Part shown: positions 1 to 12,440 of the stretch, in pieces
How positions within the stretch are numbered: the first letter of the stretch is position 1
Layout of the letters: every line of letters begins with the position of its first letter
NCBI GenBank assembly: GCA_037189525.1
Contig: JBBCJC010000003.1
Location: forward strand, 736,001 to 800,000
Source: Gemmatimonadales bacterium
GTDB taxonomy: Bacteria > Gemmatimonadota > Gemmatimonadetes > Gemmatimonadales > GWC2-71-9
Direction: 5' to 3'
Length of the DNA: 64,000 nt
Made by a program: the position numbers and the translations under genes
Notes under the pieces: generated by a model
Told to the model about the DNA's origin: nothing
Database searches by the model: none
The model's input: only the letters and a program-made list of their open reading frames with translations

Positions 1-780
1 CCGAACTTCGCGACCGTGTCCGCCTGCGCCTCCTCGGCCCATGCCATCGGCGAAGCCTACGATCAGATCCGGATCGGGCGGGCCGATTGCATCGTCGCCG
101 GCGGGTCGGAGGCGGCCATTACCGGGCTGGCCATTGCGGGTTTCCAGAACATGAAGGCCCTGTCCACCCGCAACGAGGCTCCGGAGCTGGCGAGCCGGCC
201 GTTCGATCGCGGGCGGGACGGCTTCGTGCTGGGCGACGGCAGCGCGGTGGTCGTCCTGGAGAGCCTGGACCACGCCGTCAAACGGGGTGCGAATATTCTG
301 GGCGAAGTGCTCGGCTACGGGTTGAGCGGGGATGCCCATCACATGACGGCGCCGGCGCCCGATGGCGAAGGGGCGCGTCGCGCCATACAGTCGTGCCTGG
401 CCGAAAACGACATCGATCTGACCCGGGTCGGCTACGTCAACGCGCACGGTACCTCCACGCCGCTCGGTGACGTGGCCGAGACGTCCGCCGTCAAGCAGGT
501 CTTTGGCGACCATGCCAGGAACCTGGTCTTCGGATCGTCGAAGTCCATGACCGGCCACCTGTTGGGTGCGGCCGGGGCGGTCGAGTTCGGGGTGGCGCTG
601 CTGGCCGCGACCACCGGGAAGGTCCCGCCCACGATCAACCAGACCGATCCCGATCCCGATTGTGACCTCTTCTCCGCGCCCAACGTGGCGGTCGAACGTT
701 CCATCGACGTGGCCATTTCCAACTCGTTCGGGTTCGGCGGACACAATGTGACCTTGGCGGTCAGCGCCCTTCGCGAGTAA
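1..780 (+). CDS. fabF: 3-oxoacyl-ACP synthase II (5' end outside window)
   Basis: Motifs SACASSAHAIG (catalytic Cys), SRPFD, YVNAHGTSTPLGD, KSMTGHLLGAAG and SNSFGFGGHN; frame open from base 1. Confidence 0.95.
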   Translation, partial: PNFATVSACASSAHAIGEAYDQIRIGRADCIVAGGSEAAITGLAIAGFQNMKALSTRNEAPELASRPFDRGRDGFVLGDGSAVVVLESLDHAVKRGANILGEVLGYGLSGDAHHMTAPAPDGEGARRAIQSCLAENDIDLTRVGYVNAHGTSTPLGDVAETSAVKQVFGDHARNLVFGSSKSMTGHLLGAAGAVEFGVALLAATTGKVPPTINQTDPDPDCDLFSAPNVAVERSIDVAISNSFGFGGHNVTLAVSALRE

Positions 781-800
781 CAGAGCGAACTCCCCCTCGG

Positions 801-846
801 TAGGCGGCGTAGCTAGATTACTGGCTGCGCCGCCTAAGTGTTTTTG
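801..846 (+). terminator. Probable intrinsic terminator / stable hairpin between fabF and mqnE
   Basis: TAGGCGGCGTAGCTAG-ATTA-CTGGCTGCGCCGCCTA forms a 16-bp stem (two G-U pairs) followed by AGTGTTTTT. Confidence 0.6.
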
Positions 847-861
847 GTGACAGGAGATAGC

Positions 862-2040
862 ATGGTCGATGCCCCCAACCCAGCCCGGTTTCGTGATCCG
901 GCGCTCCGGCCCATCGCGGAGAAGGTCCTTGCCGGCCAGCGGCTGACGCCCGCCGACGGAATTGCGCTCTACGAGACAGGCGATATTCTGAGCCTGGGTG
1001 GCCTGGCCGATTGGGCCAATCGCCGCAAGAACGGCGACCGGGTCTATTTCTCGGCCAATCAGCATATCAATCCCACCAACGTCTGCATCCTGCGGAACAC
1101 CTGCACCTTCTGCTCCTTTGCGCGGATGCCGAAGGAAGACGGGGCCTACACCCGGTCGCTCGACGAGGTTTATCACGAAGCTGCTCAGCCGACGGTGCCG
1201 CCAACCCGCGAGTTTCACATCGTGGGCGGGCTCCATCCCAAGCTCAAGCTCGAGTATTACGCCGAGATGTTCCGCGGGCTCAAGGAGCGGCATCCGGAGG
1301 TGCACATCAAAGGATTGACCGCCGTCGAGATTGCGCACCTTGCGCGCATCGAAAAGACCTCGATCGACGACGTGCTGCGCCGCCTCAAGGAGGCCGGCCT
1401 CGATACCATGCCGGGCGGCGGCGCCGAGGTATTCAGCACCGCGGTCCGGGCCTCGATTGCCGAGCGGAAGTTGACCGGGCAAGAGTGGGTCGAGGTTCAC
1501 CGGGCTGCGCACCGGATGGGCATTCGCTCGAACTCCACCATGCTCTACGGTCACGTCGAAACGGCAGCGGATCGGGTCGAACACCTGGGGATGTTGCGAG
1601 ATCTACAGGATGAAACCGGCGGCTTTCTCACCTTCATCCCGCTGGCGTATCACCCCGATCACAACGAACTCGGTGAAGAGCTCGATCGGACCGGATCGGC
1701 CACCACGGGATATGAAGATCTCAAGAACATCGCCGTGGCCCGGTTGTTCCTGGACAACTTTGATCACATCAAGACCCATTGGCCGATGGTGACGCCGTTC
1801 ATGTCGCAGGTGGTGCTCGATTTCGGCTGCGACGATGTCGAAGGCACCGTCGTCTATGAGCGCGTCTACCACGAAGCGGGAGCCCGGACCCAGATGCACC
1901 TGCCGTATCACGGGCTGGTGGAGCTGATCCGGGGAGCGGGCAAGCGCCCGGTCGAGCGCGATAGCTTCTACCAGTCGGTGCGGGAAGTGTTCGACGACCT
2001 TCCGGTGTCCGGCGGTCAGCCGGTCACCCATGCGGCCTGA
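862..2040 (+). CDS. mqnE: Aminofutalosine synthase (radical SAM)
   Basis: PTNVC..CTFCSF radical-SAM motif, HIVGGLHP, PGGGAEVF, TMLYGHVET; adjacent to mqnA/mqnC; GGAGA RBS before ATG 862. Confidence 0.9.
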   Translation: MVDAPNPARFRDPALRPIAEKVLAGQRLTPADGIALYETGDILSLGGLADWANRRKNGDRVYFSANQHINPTNVCILRNTCTFCSFARMPKEDGAYTRSLDEVYHEAAQPTVPPTREFHIVGGLHPKLKLEYYAEMFRGLKERHPEVHIKGLTAVEIAHLARIEKTSIDDVLRRLKEAGLDTMPGGGAEVFSTAVRASIAERKLTGQEWVEVHRAAHRMGIRSNSTMLYGHVETAADRVEHLGMLRDLQDETGGFLTFIPLAYHPDHNELGEELDRTGSATTGYEDLKNIAVARLFLDNFDHIKTHWPMVTPFMSQVVLDFGCDDVEGTVVYERVYHEAGARTQMHLPYHGLVELIRGAGKRPVERDSFYQSVREVFDDLPVSGGQPVTHAA

Positions 2041-2046
2041 TCATCG

Positions 2047-2904
2047 ATGACCGGTCTTCCTCTGACATCGGCGCGATCGGGGATTCGTCTCGGGCGGATT
2101 CCCTGGATCAATTGTTATCCGATCTACACCGGTATCGATCGCGGCGTGGTACCGATCGATGCGGACCTGGTGAGCGGCACGGCGGCCGAGCTCAACGATT
2201 TGCTGGCCGCCGGGGAACTCCAGGTCAGCGTCATTTCCGCGGTCGAGTATGCCCGGGATGCCGCGGCGTATCATCTGCTGCCGGACCTGGCCATCAGCTG
2301 CGACGGTCCGGTGCGCAGCGTCGCGCTCTTCAGCCGCCGGCCGGTCCACGAGTTGGACGGGGCGACCGTGCTGCGCACCGCGTCGTCACGCACGTCGTCG
2401 CTGCTGCTCGAAGTCCTCTGCCGTCATCGTTGGCGGGTCCGGCCAAAGTTCGCGACCGTGCGCGCCGAGCCGAACGACCTCGACGTGCTCTCGGGGTTTC
2501 CCCATGAGGCGGTCCTGGTGATCGGTGATGCCTGTCTGATGCTGGCCGATCAGGCTCGCTATCCCTACATGATCGATCTGGGGCAGGCGTGGAAGGACTG
2601 GACCGGGTTGCCCTTTGTCTTTGCGGTCTGGGCTGCCCGCCGCGAAGCGGACCGCGGCGCGGTGCAGCGGGTCCATGAGAGTCTGCTGGCGTCGCGAGCG
2701 TGGGGACTGACTCGGCTCGATGAACTGGCCGACCTCGCATCGTCGGCCACCGGCGTCGATCGTCGGGTGACTCGGGAGTATCTGGGCGATCTCGACTATG
2801 CGCTGTCGTACCGCCACCTGGCGGGCCTGACGGACTTCTTCCGTCGGCTGGCTCAGGACGGATTGGTGCCGGACGGCTCGCTCTCGTTCATCAGTGCGGC
2901 CTGA
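2047..2904 (+). CDS. mqnA: Chorismate dehydratase (futalosine pathway)
   Basis: RLGRIPWINCYP, SCDGPVRSVALFS, ASSRTS, IGD, DLGQAWKDWTGLPFVFAVWA typical of MqnA. Confidence 0.88.
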   Translation: MTGLPLTSARSGIRLGRIPWINCYPIYTGIDRGVVPIDADLVSGTAAELNDLLAAGELQVSVISAVEYARDAAAYHLLPDLAISCDGPVRSVALFSRRPVHELDGATVLRTASSRTSSLLLEVLCRHRWRVRPKFATVRAEPNDLDVLSGFPHEAVLVIGDACLMLADQARYPYMIDLGQAWKDWTGLPFVFAVWAARREADRGAVQRVHESLLASRAWGLTRLDELADLASSATGVDRRVTREYLGDLDYALSYRHLAGLTDFFRRLAQDGLVPDGSLSFISAA

Positions 2905-2940
2905 CCCGATGCGGGTGGCCGGTGCGAAAGGAGGTTTGCG

Positions 2941-4005
2941 ATGATGGTCGATCGCAATTCAGCGGAGTTCAAGAGCTATCTCGAACTCTACGAAAAGGCT
3001 CCGTTGCTCGAACTCGGCCGGCTGGCCGACACGGAGCGCTATCGGCACCATCCCGAAGAGGTGGTGACCTACATCGTCGATCGCAACATCAACTACACCA
3101 ACGTCTGCGTCGCCGATTGCAAGTTCTGCGCGTTCTACCGCCGGCCCAAAGACAATGAAGGGTATGTCCTCCCGTTCGAAAAGATCGGGGAGAAGATCGA
3201 CGAGTGTAAGGCCGTCGGCGGGGTGCAGATCCTCCTGCAAGGTGGGCATAACCCGTACATCCCCTTCGAGTGGTACCTCGAGTTGATGCGCTATATCAAG
3301 CGCCATCATCCGATTCACATCCACGGGTTTTCGCCGTCGGAGGTGGTTTTCTTCAGCGAGCGGTTCCGGATGCCGGTGGCCGACGTCGTCCGGGAACTCA
3401 AAGCCGCCGGGCTCGACAGTATTCCGGGCGGGGGCGGTGAAATCCTGGTCGACGAGATCCGCCAGCAGGTGGCCAAGAAGAAGGCGCAGACCGACGAGTG
3501 GCTTGGTGTGCAGGAGGAAGCTCACCGTCAGGGCATGAAGACCTCGGTCACCATGATGTACGGACTCGGCGAAACGGCCGCCGACCGGATCGAGCATCTG
3601 TTCCGCGTCCGCGAAGTGCAGCGCCGGACCGGAGGCTTTACCGCGTTCATCTGCTGGCCGCTGCAACCCGATGGCACCGCACTGTCTCACCTGGCCAAGA
3701 CGGATGCCGTGTCCTACCTGCGCACCCTCGCAATGGGGCGCATCATCCTCGACAACGTGCCCAACCTGCAGTCGTCGTGGGTGACCATGGGGCTCAAGGT
3801 CGGGCAGGTGGCGTTGCGGTTCGGCGCGAACGATTTCGGCAGCCTGATGATGGAAGAAAATGTGGTATCGTCTGCCGGAACCACCTACCGCGCGACGTTG
3901 CGGGAAATGGAGCGGGCCATCACCGATGCCGGCTATCGAGCCCTCCGCCGGCGGCAGGACTATTCGATCATTCCGCCGGCAGAGTTGGTCGGAACCGCGG
4001 CCTGA
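2941..4005 (+). CDS. mqnC: Cyclic dehypoxanthinyl futalosine synthase (radical SAM)
   Basis: VTYIVDRNINYTNVCVADCKFCAFYR, LLQGGHNP, QSSWVT, FGANDFGSLMMEENVVS. Confidence 0.93.
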   Translation: MMVDRNSAEFKSYLELYEKAPLLELGRLADTERYRHHPEEVVTYIVDRNINYTNVCVADCKFCAFYRRPKDNEGYVLPFEKIGEKIDECKAVGGVQILLQGGHNPYIPFEWYLELMRYIKRHHPIHIHGFSPSEVVFFSERFRMPVADVVRELKAAGLDSIPGGGGEILVDEIRQQVAKKKAQTDEWLGVQEEAHRQGMKTSVTMMYGLGETAADRIEHLFRVREVQRRTGGFTAFICWPLQPDGTALSHLAKTDAVSYLRTLAMGRIILDNVPNLQSSWVTMGLKVGQVALRFGANDFGSLMMEENVVSSAGTTYRATLREMERAITDAGYRALRRRQDYSIIPPAELVGTAA

Positions 4006-4031
4006 GCGAATCGGAGTTACGGCGAGGCGCC

Positions 4032-4511
4032 ATGGTGCGTGTCGGGTTCGGGTACGACTCCCATCGCTTCGTCGATGGACGGCCGCTGTTGCTCGCCGGG
4101 CAACGGATACCGTTTCCGTCCGGCCTGGCCGGTCATTCCGATGCCGACGCCGTAGCCCACGCAGTCATCGATGCGCTGCTGGGTGCGGCCGGTCTCGGCG
4201 ATATCGGAACGCTCTTTCCGGACACCGATCCGGCGTGGCGTGACGCCGACTCGATGCGCCTGCTCGACGACGTGGTTCGCCGGCTGCGCACAGCCGGGTG
4301 GGTGCCCGGGAACGTCGACGTCACCGTCGTGCTCGAAGCCCCCAAACTCGGCCCGTTCAAAGCGGCCATGGCAGAAGCGCTTGCCAGCCGGCTCGGCATT
4401 CCGGCGGCGCAGGTCGGCGTCAAGGCAAAGACCAACGAAGGCATGGGATTCATCGGACGTGGAGAAGGCGTGGCGGTCATGGCCGTCGCGACGGTGACGC
4501 CCGAGCGATGA
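4032..4511 (+). CDS. ispF: 2-C-methyl-D-erythritol 2,4-cyclodiphosphate synthase
   Basis: RVGFGYDSHRF, GHSDADAVAHA, GDIGTLFPDTDP, KAKTNEGMGFIGRGEG. Confidence 0.95.
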   Translation: MVRVGFGYDSHRFVDGRPLLLAGQRIPFPSGLAGHSDADAVAHAVIDALLGAAGLGDIGTLFPDTDPAWRDADSMRLLDDVVRRLRTAGWVPGNVDVTVVLEAPKLGPFKAAMAEALASRLGIPAAQVGVKAKTNEGMGFIGRGEGVAVMAVATVTPER

Positions 4512-5125
4512 TCGAATCGATCCTGCAGTCCATTGCCGGGTGGCCCACCCTCGTCGTCTACGGGCTCGTGGCCCTGTCCTGCTTCGTCGAAAATTTCTTT
4601 CCGCCCGCGCCGTCCGACCTCTTCGTCGCGCTCGCAGGATTCCTCTCCTACGACGGACGATACGATCCCGTCACCATTTTCCTGATGGCCTGGGGCGGTG
4701 GCATGGCGGGCGCCGCCGCCGTGTACTACCTGGTGCGCAAATACGGCGATCGGTTCGTCGAATCGCGCGTCGGGCGGATCCTGTTGCCTCCGGACGCGAT
4801 GGCCTTCCTGCTGAAAGAGTACGGCCGCTACGGCATGGTCGGTCTCTTCATCACCCGATTGCTGCCGGGCTTCCGGTCCGTCGTAGCGCCGTTTGGCGGG
4901 CTCAACCGGCTCCCGGCCTGGGTCATTCTGGTGCCGGTCGCGCTGGCCAACGCCGTTTGGTACGCACTGATCACCTGGATCGGTACCCGGATCGGCGACG
5001 AGTGGGAAACGGTGGTCCGCGTCATCAATCGCCTGACCCAGACGCTCGGTGTGGTCGCGGTGGTGATTGCGGTCATCCTGGCCGTGGGCTTTGCGCTCTG
5101 GCGCCGCCGGCGCAAAGCGTCGTGA
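4508..5125 (+). CDS. DedA family membrane protein
   Basis: ENFFPPAPSD and TRLLPGFRSVV motifs, hydrophobic; ATGA overlap with the ispF stop. Confidence 0.85.
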   Translation: MIESILQSIAGWPTLVVYGLVALSCFVENFFPPAPSDLFVALAGFLSYDGRYDPVTIFLMAWGGGMAGAAAVYYLVRKYGDRFVESRVGRILLPPDAMAFLLKEYGRYGMVGLFITRLLPGFRSVVAPFGGLNRLPAWVILVPVALANAVWYALITWIGTRIGDEWETVVRVINRLTQTLGVVAVVIAVILAVGFALWRRRRKAS

Positions 5126-6027
5126 ACGACGCCCTCGAGCGAACCTTCGGGCTCGAGGGCTTTCGGGACTACCTCGCCCTCGAGGCGGGGTCCAGCCCTC
5201 ACACCGTCGACAACTATCTGCGCGATCTCCGTCATCTGGTCCACTTCCTGGCCGGGCAGGGTGTCGTGACGCTGGCGGCCGTGACGCGGGTCCATCTGCG
5301 CGAGTTCGTCTTTGCGCTCAAAGACACCGGGGCGAGTCCCGCGACGATCCGCCGTCATGTCTCGGCCATCCACACCTACTACGGTTTCCTGATCGGCGAG
5401 GGAACGGTCACCGAGGATCCCAGTGATCGCCTCGAGACGCCGCGTCGAGGGCGCAAGCTGCCCACGGTGCTGTCGGTCAGCCAGATCGAGGCGTTGCTGG
5501 CCGCCCCGGGTCTCGACGAGCCGATGGCCTGGCGAGACCGGGCGCTGCTGGAACTCGGCTACGGAGCTGGCGCCCGCGTCTCTGAGCTGGTCGGACTCGG
5601 TCTCGAGGATCTGCTCTTGTCGGATCAGTTGATTCGGGTCGTCGGCAAGGGAAACAAACAGCGGCTGATTCCGATCGGCCGGAAAACGGTGGCGGCGGTA
5701 TCGGTCTATCTGAATGCGCTCCGGCCCAGCCTGGACCGTGGGCGGACCCAGGGTAGGGTCCTTCTCAATGCCCGAGGCCAGCCGCTCAGCCGGGTCGGGG
5801 CCTGGGGTGTCGTGAAACAGGCGGCGGCGCGGGCGGGCATTGCCCAGCGGGTTACGCCCCACATCCTGCGCCACAGTTTTGCGACGCATCTGCTCGAGGG
5901 CGGGGCCGATCTTCGGGCCGTCCAGGAGATGCTGGGGCACGCCGATCTGACCACGACGCAGATCTATACCCACGTCGACCGCGAGTATCTGCGGACGGTC
6001 CACCGCCAGTTCCACCCCCGGGGGTAG
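5122..6027 (+). CDS. xerD: Tyrosine recombinase XerD
   Basis: RDRALLELGYGAGARVSEL, GKGNKQR, TPHILRHSFATHLLEGGADLRAVQEMLGHADLTTTQIYTHVD; GTGA overlap; core context. Confidence 0.88.
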   Translation: MNDALERTFGLEGFRDYLALEAGSSPHTVDNYLRDLRHLVHFLAGQGVVTLAAVTRVHLREFVFALKDTGASPATIRRHVSAIHTYYGFLIGEGTVTEDPSDRLETPRRGRKLPTVLSVSQIEALLAAPGLDEPMAWRDRALLELGYGAGARVSELVGLGLEDLLLSDQLIRVVGKGNKQRLIPIGRKTVAAVSVYLNALRPSLDRGRTQGRVLLNARGQPLSRVGAWGVVKQAAARAGIAQRVTPHILRHSFATHLLEGGADLRAVQEMLGHADLTTTQIYTHVDREYLRTVHRQFHPRG

Positions 6028-6049
6028 CGGGCGGGGCCGGGGGGAGCTG

Positions 6050-6076
6050 TGAAACTTCCCGGCATTGCGCTACGTT
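6050..6076 (+). promoter_or_regulatory. ECF-sigma-type promoter candidate
   Basis: TGAAAC-N17-CGTT upstream of the 6137 ORF, which has an AGGGAGG RBS. Confidence 0.45.
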
Positions 6077-6136
6077 ACATAAAGCAACAGCAACCCCTCA
6101 CCATCCGGTCCTTCGGGGACAGGGAGGTTTGGTCGT

Positions 6137-6940
6137 ATGAACATGCAGGGATACTGGCTCAAGATCGCCGCCAAGGCACTGATCATTTTCGCCGTCGGAT
6201 ATGGCGTGATCAGCGCCGTTCGGGCCGGGAAGCGCGAGGTCGTGCGGGTGGTGGAGACGTCGGCCGACGTCACCGTTCCGTTGCCGTTTGTGCCCTTCAG
6301 CTTTGACGGGGCGCGGGCAGGCACCTTCCGGAACGCCGTTTTCCATCGGAGCGCGCCCAACCAGATCGAGGGAATCGACGTCACCGTCCGGCTCTCGGAT
6401 CTGGCGCTGTTGAGCCGCCTGGAGGGGTGCCATGCCACGGTGGATGACCCGACCCGGCTTAACGAGCGGAGCAGCTTCCGCTGCGTCTCGATGGACAGCA
6501 GCATGCAGGAGTTCGGGAAGATCCTGATCGAAACCCGTGGCACCGATGGCAAGTGGGTCGAGGCGCAGGCCGTGCCGCTGGTGCTGCCTCGGCAGGTGGC
6601 GCAGGATATCCAGAACCGGCCGATCAACACCAAGTCTGCCGCGCGGTACGACGCCCGCCGGATGCGGCAGCTGGGCGACAGCATGCGGATCCTGGGCCGC
6701 GAACTGGGCCGGGCGCAGGACGAGGCCGAGCGGATTGCCCTCACGACCCGGATCGAGGCGCTCCAGACCGAGATGACCGAGTTGACCACGGCCATTACCG
6801 AGGCGGCGATGGAAGAGGCGATGGCGCGGACCAATGCGGCGGTGGCGGCAGGGGCCGCTGCGGCCGCTGCGGCCGCGGCCGGGACCAAGGTAGTTCGGGT
6901 CGAGGTGCCGGGGAAGAAGGTCGAAATCTCGACGCCGTAG
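6137..6940 (+). CDS. Hypothetical protein: N-terminal membrane anchor, C-terminal coiled coil and poly-Ala
   Basis: 267-aa ORF filling the gap between xerD and kdsB; strong RBS; hydrophobic N-terminus (WLKIAAKALIIFAVGYGVISAV). Confidence 0.75.
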   Translation: MNMQGYWLKIAAKALIIFAVGYGVISAVRAGKREVVRVVETSADVTVPLPFVPFSFDGARAGTFRNAVFHRSAPNQIEGIDVTVRLSDLALLSRLEGCHATVDDPTRLNERSSFRCVSMDSSMQEFGKILIETRGTDGKWVEAQAVPLVLPRQVAQDIQNRPINTKSAARYDARRMRQLGDSMRILGRELGRAQDEAERIALTTRIEALQTEMTELTTAITEAAMEEAMARTNAAVAAGAAAAAAAAAGTKVVRVEVPGKKVEISTP

Positions 6941-6946
6941 CAAGCG

Positions 6947-6971
6947 CAGGACGGGCGATTTTCCCGTCCTG
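6947..6971. promoter_or_regulatory. Inverted repeat (terminator or operator)
   Basis: CAGGACGGG-N7-CCCGTCCTG, a perfect 9-bp inverted repeat just after the 6940 stop; no clear U tract. Confidence 0.45.
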
Positions 6972-6982
6972 GATCTTGCTTC

Positions 6983-6995
6983 TAACCCATTGATT
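6983..6995 (-). promoter_or_regulatory. IHF-consensus site
   Basis: The minus strand reads AATCAATGGGTTA, an exact match to WATCAANNNNTTR, in an AT-rich intergenic stretch. Confidence 0.4.
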
Positions 6996-7046
6996 CGCTA
7001 TATTTTAGCGAATTTTCACCAGCAGATTTCTCGCGCGGCACGACTT

Positions 7047-7075
7047 TTGACAACGGTCGGCCGCGCTCTTACTTT
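7047..7075 (+). promoter_or_regulatory. Sigma70-type promoter of the kdsB operon
   Basis: TTGACA-17 bp-TACTTT, ending 7 nt before the kdsB ATG. Confidence 0.7.
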
Positions 7076-7082
7076 GTGAACC

Positions 7083-10317
<3,235 letters not shown>

Positions 10318-10318
10318 C

Positions 10319-10867
10319 ATGATCGATCCGTCGCTGGCTCGGCAGATTCGGCTCTTGGTTCTCGATGTCGACGGCGTGCTGACCGACAACGCGATCTATC
10401 TCGGTCCGGTCGATGGCCGCCGCGTCGAGCTCAAGCAGTTCGATGTGCAGGATGGGTTGGGAATGGTCCTGCTGCGGGAGACGGACATTGCCGTGGCATG
10501 GCTGAGCGGCCGCCATTCGGAGGCAACCACGCTCCGTGCGCAGGAACTGAAGATCCCGATCCTGGTGCAGGATTCGGGCGCGCGCAAGGTGCCGGCGCTC
10601 ACGGCCATGCTGGCGGAGTTGAAGCTCGACTGGTCCCAGGCTGCGTTCGTGGGCGATGATCTGGCCGACATCGGTGTGATGGAGCGGGTCGGATTACCGA
10701 TTGCGGTGGCCAACGCCGTCGACGAGATCAAGCAGACGGCGCGTTGGGTCACCAGCCGTCCCGGAGGGCGGGGGGCGGTGCGCGAAGTGGTCGAGGCGCT
10801 GCTGCGGGCCCGGGGCGAGTGGGATGCGGTGCTGATGCGGTATCGGGCTGCGCGGGAGGCGGAGTGA
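10319..10867 (+). CDS. kdsC: KDO 8-phosphate phosphatase (HAD)
   Basis: LDVDGVLTD, FDVQDGLG, VGDDLAD, GGRGAVREVVE. Confidence 0.92.
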   Translation: MIDPSLARQIRLLVLDVDGVLTDNAIYLGPVDGRRVELKQFDVQDGLGMVLLRETDIAVAWLSGRHSEATTLRAQELKIPILVQDSGARKVPALTAMLAELKLDWSQAAFVGDDLADIGVMERVGLPIAVANAVDEIKQTARWVTSRPGGRGAVREVVEALLRARGEWDAVLMRYRAAREAE

Positions 10868-11835
10868 CCGAGGCGGATGTCGCGGCCAGCAGCGTCGCCG
10901 GGGGCAGGCGGGTCCTGCTGCTGGAGGCTGATGCGGTCCGCCGAGTGGCGGAACGGCTCGATCAGCGGTTTGCGGCGGCCGTCGCCTTGTTGCTGGCGAC
11001 GCAGGGACGGGTCGTGGTGTCGGGGGTTGGCAAATCGGGTCTGGTCGGACGCAAGATCGCGGCGACGCTGACCTCGACTGGCACGCCCGCGCACTACCTG
11101 CATCCGACCGACAGTCTCCATGGCGACCTGGGGATCATTGGTTCCGGAGACGCCGCCATCCTGCTCAGCAAGAGCGGGGAGACGGAGGAGTTGTTCGGGC
11201 TCCTGGAGGTGTTGGAGCGGCGAGCGGTTCCGATCGTGGCGATTACCGGCGGGATGCAATCGACGCTGGCCCGCGCTGCGACCGTCGTGCTCGACGCCGG
11301 GGTGTCCGAGGAAGCGTGCCCGCACGATCTGGCGCCGACCGCCAGTACCACGGTGGCGCTGGCGCTGGGCGACGCGTTGGCGGTGACGCTGCTCGAGGCC
11401 AAGGGGTTCTCGCGCGACGCGTTTGCCTCGCTCCATCCTGGCGGACGGTTGGGGCGGAAGCTGCTCCTCCGCGTGGCCGATGTGATGTCGCCGGCGGGAG
11501 ATTCGCTCCGGCCGACCGACCGGATGGGGCGCGCTGCGGAGCTGCTGGCCCATCAGCGCGGCATTGCGGCGGTGGTGCGTGAGGGACGCTTGGTCGGCGT
11601 GCTGACCGCCGGCGATCTGTCCCGCCTGGCGGGCAGCGACGAGCGGTACTGGGAGCGCGAGGTCGGGCTCGTGATGACGACCGAGCCCAAGACGACGACG
11701 GCGCAGGAGTTGGGCGCGGCAGCGGTCGGTATCATGGAGCGCCACGGGATCATGGCGCTTCCGGTGGTCGACGAGGCGGGCGGACTGGCGGGTATGGTTC
11801 ATCTGCACGATCTGATGAGGGCAGGCGCAGTATGA
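10864..11835 (+). CDS. kdsD: Arabinose-5-phosphate isomerase (KpsF/GutQ; SIS + CBS)
   Basis: SGVGKSGLVGRKIAATLTSTGTPA, HGDLG, EEACPHDLAPTAST, HPGGRLG, C-terminal CBS pair. Confidence 0.93.
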   Translation: MTEADVAASSVAGGRRVLLLEADAVRRVAERLDQRFAAAVALLLATQGRVVVSGVGKSGLVGRKIAATLTSTGTPAHYLHPTDSLHGDLGIIGSGDAAILLSKSGETEELFGLLEVLERRAVPIVAITGGMQSTLARAATVVLDAGVSEEACPHDLAPTASTTVALALGDALAVTLLEAKGFSRDAFASLHPGGRLGRKLLLRVADVMSPAGDSLRPTDRMGRAAELLAHQRGIAAVVREGRLVGVLTAGDLSRLAGSDERYWEREVGLVMTTEPKTTTAQELGAAAVGIMERHGIMALPVVDEAGGLAGMVHLHDLMRAGAV

Positions 11836-12440
11836 TCGGAGCTCGAAACGACAATCGTCAGGTGCGTATCGGATGGCCCGGTTTGGCGGCAGCCGCGCTC
11901 GTTGCGTTGGGCGCGGCCGCCTGCCAGTCGACCGGCATCCGGGCAACCCAGACGGTGCAGGTGGCCGACAGCTCCGATCAGTTCATGACCAAGATGACGA
12001 CCAACATGGTCGAGAACGGCGTCCGGACCGGCTACGTGTACGCCGAGTCGGCCTACGTGTATCAGATGGCCCAGCGGATGGACCTGCGCCAGATGCGGGT
12101 GCTCTTCTTCGAAGACGGCAAGCAGACGTCGGTACTGACGGCCGAGCAGGGGGATTACAACATCGGCAACGGGTCGCTCGATGCGCGGGGCAACGTGCGG
12201 ATCGAATCGACCGACGGCCGGCGGCTCACCACCCCGCATCTGATCTACGACCGAACGCTGCTCCAGCTCCGCAGCGACACGATCTTCGTCTACGATTCTC
12301 GGGGAGAGCGTCTCACCGGGAAGAGCTTCACCTCGGACCTCGAATTCAAGAACGTGCGGATCGTCGAGCCCAAGGGCGTCCAGCGGCGCGGCGGATTCGA
12401 CCTGCCGGGACAGAAGCCCGACAGCGGAGCTGCGCCATGA
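11832..12440 (+). CDS. lptC: LPS export periplasmic protein LptC
   Basis: Located between kdsD and lptA/lptB; beta-jellyroll-like pattern (LTAEQGDY, ARGNVRI, LTGKSFTSD); lipobox-like AAAC. Confidence 0.8.
   Translation: MIGARNDNRQVRIGWPGLAAAALVALGAAACQSTGIRATQTVQVADSSDQFMTKMTTNMVENGVRTGYVYAESAYVYQMAQRMDLRQMRVLFFEDGKQTSVLTAEQGDYNIGNGSLDARGNVRIESTDGRRLTTPHLIYDRTLLQLRSDTIFVYDSRGERLTGKSFTSDLEFKNVRIVEPKGVQRRGGFDLPGQKPDSGAAP

Noticed and set aside
5122..6027. Tyrosine recombinase as a phage or island integrase
   Set aside because: Size, motifs and translational coupling to core genes fit housekeeping XerD; no att repeats or cargo are adjacent.
6843..6880. GCGGCCGCT-type short tandem repeat, and a similar PVRPD repeat at 13790-13831
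   Set aside because: These are low-complexity coding repeats (poly-Ala and a Pro-rich linker), not a CRISPR array or mobile repeat.
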